Part shown: positions 20,518-27,200 of the stretch, in pieces
How positions within the stretch are numbered: the stretch's first letter is position 1
How the letters are laid out: the number at the start of each line of letters is the position of its first letter
Source: an uncultured virus (IMG/VR IMGVR_UViG_2061766007_004183)
Lineage: Duplodnaviria; Heunggongvirae; Uroviricota; Caudoviricetes
Length of the DNA: 64,000 bases
Strand: one strand, 5' to 3'
IMG/VR virus record: IMGVR_UViG_2061766007_004183
Program-made: the position numbers and the translations under genes
The notes under the pieces: model-generated
The model's input: the letters and a program-made list of their open reading frames with translations, nothing else
Database searches by the model: none
What the model was told of the DNA's origin: nothing

Positions 20518-20717
20518 TTGAACAAACCACTATTCGATATGAACGGCAAGCTCTGCGGTCCTGAACTGGATCGCAGAGCCNNNNNNNNNNCTGCGCGTTC
20601 AACCCGGAAGGCATCTGCACATTTCCCTTGATCTACGGCCGCAAGACCGTGCTGAAGGAGGAAGCAGGCTGCCTGGCCTGGCTGGACGCCGATGAAATGG
20701 ACGACAGAGATTATTGA
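20518..20717 (+). CDS. small Cys-containing hypothetical protein (gapped)
   Basis: TTG start behind AAGGAGG; after the gap reads CAFNPEGICTFPLIYG...DY*. Not in the ORF track. Confidence 0.4.
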
Positions 20718-20730
20718 AAGGACTGACGAG

Positions 20731-21330
20731 ATGGGCTACAACACCGATTTTACCGGCGCGATCCGAATCACGCCGAAGATCACCGATCCTCTGGCTGGGA
20801 AGCTGGAACAGTGGCTGGTACTCCGGCATATGCGCCGGGACGTGGCCGCTTTGGAGCAGCTGTACGCCACGGAGACAGAGCGCAAGGCACACACTCTCTT
20901 TGGCGACGGGGATTTCGGACGTCAGGGCGAGCTTTACCTCCCCGACCAGACGAAAGAATTCTCCACCGCCTATTTCAAAGAGGAGCCGTATCCGGAAGGA
21001 TTGACGGACAACATGTCCATGAACAATCCTCCGGCGAATTGCCCCGGCCTGTACTGCGACCTCGCGCTGGTCCACAGCAAGAACGATGCATGCTCGTACG
21101 TCGGATGGGACGGAGCGGAAAACACGTATGACGTTCCGGAATGGCTCAGGCTGTTGGCGAGCTACCTCGTGCCCAGAGGCTACCACCTGGACGGAACCAT
21201 ATTCGCCAACGGCGAGAGCGGGAGCGATTTCTGGTTCATCATCGTAGACGATCAGGACGTCCAGGTCGAGGAATTCGTGCCCGAATCGACCTACGCTTGC
21301 GAGTTCAATGAATTGTATAAAGGATATTGA
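20731..21330 (+). CDS. hypothetical protein
   Basis: MGYNTDFTG...PGLYCD...WDGAE..Y...WL; resembles a phage/ICE-type conserved hypothetical. Confidence 0.7.
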   Translation: MGYNTDFTGAIRITPKITDPLAGKLEQWLVLRHMRRDVAALEQLYATETERKAHTLFGDGDFGRQGELYLPDQTKEFSTAYFKEEPYPEGLTDNMSMNNPPANCPGLYCDLALVHSKNDACSYVGWDGAENTYDVPEWLRLLASYLVPRGYHLDGTIFANGESGSDFWFIIVDDQDVQVEEFVPESTYACEFNELYKGY

Positions 21331-21340
21331 GGTGTTAATC

Positions 21341-21985
21341 ATGGACGAAACCAGAATTCAGAATCAGATCGCGATCTATATGACCAACAAAAAGCTCTGC
21401 GAGTTCAACGACAAGCTGCATACCGCGCCTCCTGAGCATTATGCGCACATGCACGCTCAGGGTGAAAAGATGCAGGACGGCCGCGTTTATTCCAGTATCG
21501 GGGTGGTCCTCCAGGACTATTCCAACGGAACCGGAGACTCGACAATTCGGGTTACGGCCAACATGTCGCCCGGGATCTTTGCGTTCCTTCTGTCGAAGGC
21601 CAGCTCCGGCGTCGAGAACTTCGAATTCTCCGAAGAGAAGATCTTCGGCGAGCCGGATGAGAACGGACTGAGCAGTGTGACCAGGCTTTGGGTAAAGCGC
21701 GCTTCGTACGGTCAGGACAAGAAGCCCAGGAATTACCCCTGGTGCATCATCGTCGAGAACGGGCGTGCGGTCAAAGAAAGCACGCAGACCGGAGGGATCC
21801 ATATCAAGAGCGGGACCTACCGGAAGACTAACCAGGTGTTCGTCAACATCAACGACAGGGACTTCTTCGGACTCATGTACCGCACCATGCGGTATATCGA
21901 GACGTGGGAACTGACCAACTGCCCGAAAGTGATCCGTGAAGCGAAGCAGATCCAGGAGAGCCGCCGAAATGCCGGCCAACAGTAA
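21341..21985 (+). CDS. hypothetical protein
   Basis: Start MDETRIQ behind GAGGTG. Confidence 0.7.
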   Translation: MDETRIQNQIAIYMTNKKLCEFNDKLHTAPPEHYAHMHAQGEKMQDGRVYSSIGVVLQDYSNGTGDSTIRVTANMSPGIFAFLLSKASSGVENFEFSEEKIFGEPDENGLSSVTRLWVKRASYGQDKKPRNYPWCIIVENGRAVKESTQTGGIHIKSGTYRKTNQVFVNINDRDFFGLMYRTMRYIETWELTNCPKVIREAKQIQESRRNAGQQ

Positions 21986-22514
21986 GATGCCTGCGGGTGA
22001 TCGAGTACTACAGCCCGATCCGGCTGATACTTCCGTCAGCGGACCCATGACCGATGAGCAGCGGGAGTTCGCCGATAAGAACCACGGACTTCTGCTGACG
22101 TTCATGGAAAGGCAAGGACTGGACGCGGACTGTTACGACAGGCTTGCGCTTCGGTATCTGCACGCAGTCGTCCGCTATCTGACGGACGGAGCACTGCGGC
22201 AGTACGCCTTCTCCACGGTCCTCTGGTACCATCTGCGGTCGGAACTGTCCAATATCCGGAGCCAGGACCGATTGCAGCAGGCGGAAGCCGAATACGACCG
22301 GCCGCCCTGGGACCCGACCTGTGAGGAGACGGTCAACGCCGCTCTCTGGCAGCAGATCGAGAGGGAACTCACCTTTAAGCAGTGTGAGGCCGTGTATCTG
22401 CGGAACCAGGGCTATAAGAACCGGGAGATTGCGGAACTGTGCGGCGTGCGGCCGAAGGCGATTGAAAAGCGCTTCCGGCGGATCCGCAAAAAACTGAAAT
22501 GGAAGGAGTCTTGA
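21969..22514 (+). CDS. sigma-70-like / LuxR-type HTH protein
   Basis: MTDEQREFADKNHGL...YAFST; C-terminal GYKNREIAELCGVRPKAIEKRFRRIRKK. Start uncertain. Confidence 0.7.
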   Translation: MPANSKMPAGDRVLQPDPADTSVSGPMTDEQREFADKNHGLLLTFMERQGLDADCYDRLALRYLHAVVRYLTDGALRQYAFSTVLWYHLRSELSNIRSQDRLQQAEAEYDRPPWDPTCEETVNAALWQQIERELTFKQCEAVYLRNQGYKNREIAELCGVRPKAIEKRFRRIRKKLKWKES

Positions 22515-22517
22515 TTT

Positions 22518-23003
22518 ATGCACAGCAGGATTTTTGAGATCAGCGAGAAGCCGGTCTCTGAAGACGAACGCTATTCTTTCGAAATGATCCCCGATTGGTT
22601 CTACGGCTCAGTCGCGGACTATGCGGACGATATTCCGGATGACCACCGCGACGATGAGATCCAGTGGCTCGTCGGTTTCTTCTCGGGGCAGTGTCAAAAC
22701 GATGGCGGCAAAATCAGCTTCACCGACAAAGCGGTGGAGTATCACTTCCGCCGCTCATACTGGGATTTCGTGAAGGCCGGTTCTTTGCTTTCCGCTTTTT
22801 CCTTTGACGCATTCTGCGGAAAAACCGGCCATCAGGCCCTGGACACCACGCTCTATGAACTGAACAAGGCCTACAACGACAAGTTCGGATTCTACGTCTA
22901 CGACCGGGACCACGATGAACTCAAGACCCTGGACGCTTGGCTCAGGGAAGCGGATCTGTCCGAGCCCTATTATATCGGCGGGATCCTCGACTATCACTTC
23001 TGA
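22518..23003 (+). CDS. hypothetical protein
   Basis: MHSRIFEIS...YYIGGILDYHF; GGAAGGAG RBS. Confidence 0.7.
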   Translation: MHSRIFEISEKPVSEDERYSFEMIPDWFYGSVADYADDIPDDHRDDEIQWLVGFFSGQCQNDGGKISFTDKAVEYHFRRSYWDFVKAGSLLSAFSFDAFCGKTGHQALDTTLYELNKAYNDKFGFYVYDRDHDELKTLDAWLREADLSEPYYIGGILDYHF

Positions 23004-23085
23004 GCCGGTTTTAGCACAACAGAATACATGGGAGCAGCTGAATCAACACCGGCTGCTCCCGGCTATTATGAAAGGGCTGAGTATT

Positions 23086-23529
23086 ATGGCAATAACAAGA
23101 GGCGATATCTTCTACGTCTGTCCGCAGCCGACTTGCGGCTCAGAACAGCGGGCAGGCAGGCCTGCGGTCGTCGTTTCCAATGAGAAATGCAACGAAAGAA
23201 GTTCCGTGGTCGAGGTCGTTTTCCTCACTACCCGGGACAAGACTCCGTTGCCTACGCACGCGCAGGTCACGTCCGCAGGCCGGCAGTCGCTTGCTCTCTG
23301 TGAGCAGATCACATCCGTAAGCGTTGAGCGATTCGGCGACTATATCGGTCATGTGACGGAGGAAGAACTGCGGGCTATTAACCGCGCCCTCCTGATCTCG
23401 CTGGACCTGCCGGCCGGCGGCCTTACCGTTCAGGCTGACAAGCAGAACGAGGAATCGCTTATGGCTCAGGTTGCACTCAGGTTTGTGGAGGATTACCTTC
23501 GCAGGAAGAGTTATTCCTCAGAGGAATAA
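23086..23529 (+). CDS. PemK/MazF-family toxin (endoribonuclease)
   Basis: RGDIFY...GSEQRAGRPAVVVSN...LTT...LPTH...ALCEQITSVS.ER. Confidence 0.9.
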   Translation: MAITRGDIFYVCPQPTCGSEQRAGRPAVVVSNEKCNERSSVVEVVFLTTRDKTPLPTHAQVTSAGRQSLALCEQITSVSVERFGDYIGHVTEEELRAINRALLISLDLPAGGLTVQADKQNEESLMAQVALRFVEDYLRRKSYSSEE

Positions 23530-23544
23530 GTGGAGGAAGAGTAT

Positions 23545-23844
23545 ATGTATCAGAAAGTCTGTTTCTGCATCGACAGTATGTATAAGCGCGGAAAAGGTTT
23601 TCCCGACAGGACGGCCAGAATCGCTTTCCAGGAGGAAGCGAAGCGCCTGTTCCGCTGCGCCGGCTGGGAGATTATCCCCGGACCCGGCTGTGAAGGCGAT
23701 TATGCGGTGAAGGGAAAGCAATCCCTGTTCCTGCATCCCACGGAATTTAGCGGTGTGATTCTGGCTGAAGAAGTTGGCCGGGTCAGGAACGCCCTCCGAG
23801 CTGCCAAGAGTTTTCACCTCCGGAGTATCGGACGATCTGCATAA
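23545..23844 (+). CDS. hypothetical protein
   Basis: MYQKVCFCI...KGKQSLFLHP; GGAGG RBS. Confidence 0.6.
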   Translation: MYQKVCFCIDSMYKRGKGFPDRTARIAFQEEAKRLFRCAGWEIIPGPGCEGDYAVKGKQSLFLHPTEFSGVILAEEVGRVRNALRAAKSFHLRSIGRSA

Positions 23845-23867
23845 TACTAGCTCAACAAAAAGAAACG

Positions 23868-23921
23868 AGGCCCTTGGTCGGTAGCGTCACATCCGCTGCG
23901 ACCAAGGGCCTTTAGTTTTTT
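23868..23921. terminator. probably bidirectional intrinsic terminator between convergent blocks
   Basis: 13-bp stem AGGCCCTTGGTCG / CGACCAAGGGCCT, with a T-run after and an A-run before. Confidence 0.75.
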
Positions 23922-24013
23922 CCTGTCATTTCAGGGAAGGCTTGGTTGAACCGTGCAGTGGTATCTAGAAGCCAATTCTCAAGGCAAATGTCCTGCTTGC
24001 TTCAGAAATCAGT

Positions 24014-24316
24014 TTATCCATTGAGATAATGCAATATGTCATGCGGGTAGTTTTTATACCCTTCAGGGCATGAACCCGGTGCCTTCGTCAGCCATGGCCG
24101 TAGTTTATCTGCTTTATGGCTACGGAGGAAGTCTTTGAGGTTCTGCGCATGAAAACCAGTCTGGTCGTTCTCAAGATAATCTTCGAAGAGCTCTGCAGAC
24201 ATGACGAATTTACCGCATATATCGCAGATTACAATGATTTCGTCGCGGTCTCCAGTCCGGATTGCTTTTTGCAGGTCTGCCTTGCATACAGGGCATTTAA
24301 GCAGTTCTTTGATCAT
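24014..24316 (-). CDS. small zinc-ribbon protein
   Basis: CPVC...CDICG; GGAGG RBS. Confidence 0.6.
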   Translation of the reverse strand: MIKELLKCPVCKADLQKAIRTGDRDEIIVICDICGKFVMSAELFEDYLENDQTGFHAQNLKDFLRSHKADKLRPWLTKAPGSCPEGYKNYPHDILHYLNG

Positions 24317-24353
24317 TCCTTCTAGTTCTCCTCCATTCGTATGCGCGCTGGGA

Positions 24354-24656
24354 TCATAAGGATTCGGTCGCTGCGTTCATCAACTCCTCAAACCGTTCCT
24401 CAACCATTAAGGGAAAACGGGTCTGCACGTAATTGGTCACGTAGATATCCTTGTTTCTCTCGATTGATTTGATCACATCGTCCTCATCTACCATGATTTC
24501 GGCGTAATAAAAACACGCTTCGGTTACCTCAAGCCTGTCGTCCGGGATTACCATTCTCCAGCAGGGGCACTCATAATCATCTGGCAACCAGGTCAGCAAC
24601 TCTTCGGGGATCATTTCAGTAAGAAATCGTTTTCCAATGTAGTCTTTTGTTTTCAT
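24354..24656 (-). CDS. small acidic hypothetical protein
   Basis: 100-aa ORF; GAGGAAGG RBS. Confidence 0.6.
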   Translation of the reverse strand: MKTKDYIGKRFLTEMIPEELLTWLPDDYECPCWRMVIPDDRLEVTEACFYYAEIMVDEDDVIKSIERNKDIYVTNYVQTRFPLMVEERFEELMNAATESL

Positions 24657-24813
24657 TCTATACCTTCCTCATATGCTTCTGAAGCTTTCTCTTCTCTTTA
24701 TCTTGGAGCGAAGGGCTGAATACCGAAACTGAGTGCTGGTTCATTTGCAGGAATCTTTCAGACGCGTGTTCACGCAAGTCAAAAGGATACGCTGCTACAA
24801 AACCTACTCGTGG

Positions 24814-25371
24814 TTAAAACGCACTCCACTCGCCGAGATCATCACAGGCGTCGAAAATCCGATCAAACTCTTCCTGGGTGGTCGACGGATTTACAGAACG
24901 AATATCCCGATAAAGACGCAGGAGCTCGTCGTCTTCATCTTCATCGTCATCCTCGTCCACGTCTTCATCTTCATCTTCATCCTCATCGTCATCATCCACG
25001 TCGTCGAGGTATTCTGAGAAAGCATCCTCCGCCACCTCAAACACCACGTCCTGGAAACGCTCTAACACAGATGGATATTCTTCAGCCATATGGATGATGA
25101 TTTCCGCGCTCTCAACCATCCAGTCCCGATCGGTCAGATCCGTGCTTTCCAGCGTCAGATCTTCCAAAAGAGACCGAAGCTCCTCCAGCACTTCATCCAG
25201 AGATTCCTCGGCATCGTCTGTCCCCAGGTTTATGATTGGTTCCCGGTTCCCTTCAAACCATTCGATAAATTCGGTCACCATGGCTTTCTTGTCGGTGAAC
25301 GTATCGAAGCTATACTGATTCGGATTGGCACCGGGGAGGTTAAACGAATGCGACCAAATAACGTACACCAT
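24814..25371 (-). CDS. highly acidic hypothetical protein with poly-D/E tract
   Basis: DDVDDDDEDEDEDEDVDEDDDEDEDDE; AAGGAG RBS. Confidence 0.7.
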   Translation of the reverse strand: MVYVIWSHSFNLPGANPNQYSFDTFTDKKAMVTEFIEWFEGNREPIINLGTDDAEESLDEVLEELRSLLEDLTLESTDLTDRDWMVESAEIIIHMAEEYPSVLERFQDVVFEVAEDAFSEYLDDVDDDDEDEDEDEDVDEDDDEDEDDELLRLYRDIRSVNPSTTQEEFDRIFDACDDLGEWSAF

Positions 25372-25399
25372 TATATTGTCTCCTTCTTGTTCTCAATGG

Positions 25400-26080
25400 T
25401 TAGTCCGAATCCCGCAGATAGACGACGCCTTCTGTTCCGTGCCCATGAGGACCTCTGTTAATCGCTTCCGTCAGATGATATCCAAGCAGTTCTAAAAGGT
25501 CTTTCGCTTCCCACCCATAGGAGGAGCATAAAAAACCAATGTCTTCACACCGGAACATGGATTCATCGGCATTAAACCCAAGAATCTCCGCCAACGGATC
25601 CTGTTCATCACTGCAGTTCTCATCAAGCCATCCGACATCGGATTCCGCATCTTCACCCTGCAGCCAGGCGATTAGGTCATCTTCCGAAATGCCGCTTGTT
25701 TGCAGCAGCTTATTACGCAGATCTTGCTGAAGAGTAGCCTTTAGACTGATGATCTCGCCATTAACGACTTCCATGGCAAAGGGATAATCACAGTAATTGT
25801 CCCATTCGATATTGCCGGTTTCTTCGGCGATCTCCTGAGGAACATATACTGTGTAGGAAATCTCGTCTGGATCCACATCATCCAGTTCCAGTTCTTTCAA
25901 GGCAGCTTCCAGCACCTTTGCACGCAGATCTGCGAGATCATCATAGTCCTCAACTGCACCTTCGTCCTCAGAACACTGAACCAGAACATTATACTCGTAA
26001 TCGGATACGGGAGCAGTAACAGTCAGACTATGGCTGTCGCCATTGATATCGAGCCAAATGGAAAAATCATAATCGGTCAT
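25400..26080 (-). CDS. highly acidic hypothetical protein
   Basis: 226-aa ORF, strongly D/E-rich with few K/R. Confidence 0.7.
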   Translation of the reverse strand: MTDYDFSIWLDINGDSHSLTVTAPVSDYEYNVLVQCSEDEGAVEDYDDLADLRAKVLEAALKELELDDVDPDEISYTVYVPQEIAEETGNIEWDNYCDYPFAMEVVNGEIISLKATLQQDLRNKLLQTSGISEDDLIAWLQGEDAESDVGWLDENCSDEQDPLAEILGFNADESMFRCEDIGFLCSSYGWEAKDLLELLGYHLTEAINRGPHGHGTEGVVYLRDSD

Positions 26081-26104
26081 TTTTCTTTCACCAGCACTTT
26101 CATG

Positions 26105-26665
26105 TCAGTCTTCGTTTTCCTGGTCTTCTTCGTCCGAATCAACGAGGTAATCTTCCAACATCTCATCCGCAATGTCGGAATAGTCACACTCGTCAATGGG
26201 ATACGGCCGCCAGTCTGACGACGTTGTCCCCTCGCATAGAAGCATCTGTGCGGAAAGTCGCGTGACGTCCGTGATGATTCCAGCGCTGTCGACCGTCACG
26301 AAAAGCTCGTAACTGATGGCGGGCTCGGATTCATCGTCATATGTAAGGGAGTTTTCACCCTCCATAAGCCCAGCCGTTTTCTTTCCGATGACCCTGTTCC
26401 TGAATTCCTCAAAGGCTTCTGAGGTGGCTTTTTTCACTTCCTCTTCATCGAAGACAGGACACTGGTCCTCCAGGCACTCGGGGCATATTCTGCAATCACC
26501 CCAGTATTTCATATCGTCGGCAGAGGTGATCTTCCCGCACATCTCACACTCAAAGAACTCATATTCAAAACAGGTAGAACAAACCACAGAACCGTCTTCC
26601 AGCTGATAACGGTCATCATCCTCTTCAATCAGCTCGCCACACCGGCTGCACTTCAATTCATCCAT
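26105..26665 (-). CDS. acidic multi-CxxC zinc-finger protein
   Basis: CSRC, CSTC, CEMC, CPEC; start MDELKC behind GAGGAGG. Confidence 0.7.
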   Translation of the reverse strand: MDELKCSRCGELIEEDDDRYQLEDGSVVCSTCFEYEFFECEMCGKITSADDMKYWGDCRICPECLEDQCPVFDEEEVKKATSEAFEEFRNRVIGKKTAGLMEGENSLTYDDESEPAISYELFVTVDSAGIITDVTRLSAQMLLCEGTTSSDWRPYPIDECDYSDIADEMLEDYLVDSDEEDQENED

Positions 26666-26802
26666 AAGAGTCCTCCTCACCGTAACCCTTGTCCGATTAC
26701 CCGAAAGGGAATCGAAGCATCTTTTATCGGGTGGCAACAAAACGCTATGATCTGCTGAGCAACCCTCTAGTAATTGGTATTATATCAGAATACAAGCAGA
26801 AT

Positions 26803-26825
26803 TGGTCGCCTTTACTACGACATTT
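26803..26825. promoter_or_regulatory. 23-bp operator-like element, copy 2
   Basis: Identical to 9071-9093; minus-strand extended -10 TGaTATAAT (hexamer at 26779-26784). Confidence 0.7.
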
Positions 26826-26898
26826 TCAGCTCCCACCGCAACAGGATTGATGCTATCTACGATTCACACCACTTTCTCCGTGTTAAACCCCGTTAAAG

Positions 26899-26927
26899 TT
26901 GACAATAGTGCCGAATTCAAGTAGAAT
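26899..26927 (+). promoter_or_regulatory. sigma-A promoter upstream of the defence operon
   Basis: TTGACA-17 bp-TAGAAT. Confidence 0.7.
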
Positions 26928-27016
26928 ATAATGATATTTTATATGCATTATGATGCTGCTGTGACTTGGAATTAAAGGGTTTTCAGAATTCTGAAAGTTG
27001 CCTTTGTCGGCAATCA

Positions 27017-27050
27017 TGTCCGTTTTATGGGACACAATATAGGCGATAAT
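27017..27050 (+). promoter_or_regulatory. TGTCC-N8-GGACA dyad with -10-like box, copy 3
   Basis: TGTCC-gttttatg-GGACA (27017-27034), 10 bp spacer, GATAAT (27045-27050). Confidence 0.55.
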
Positions 27051-27200
27051 ATTCTGGAGATAGTCTTGAATTGCGATACTATGTCTTGGGATTGATAGCT
27101 ATTCGATCTTATGCCATTCATATCACAGCATCAAGCCTATCGAATCGCTTATTGCCAGCAACAGCGAAAAATGAAGAGTTTCCGAAGGGGGATTTCTGCC

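Larger units (their letters stand above)
12214..23844 (+). mobile_element. ICE/phage-like accessory module (no integrase, relaxase or structural genes in window)
   Basis: Co-oriented, GC-richer block with Zn finger, sigma-like factors, ssb, AAA+/vWA and MazF; bounded by terminators and strand switches. Confidence 0.4.

Noticed and set aside
24925..25006. GAT/GAA-type microsatellite
   Set aside because: It simply encodes the poly-D/E tract; imperfect and in-frame, so not a CRISPR array or phase-variable repeat.
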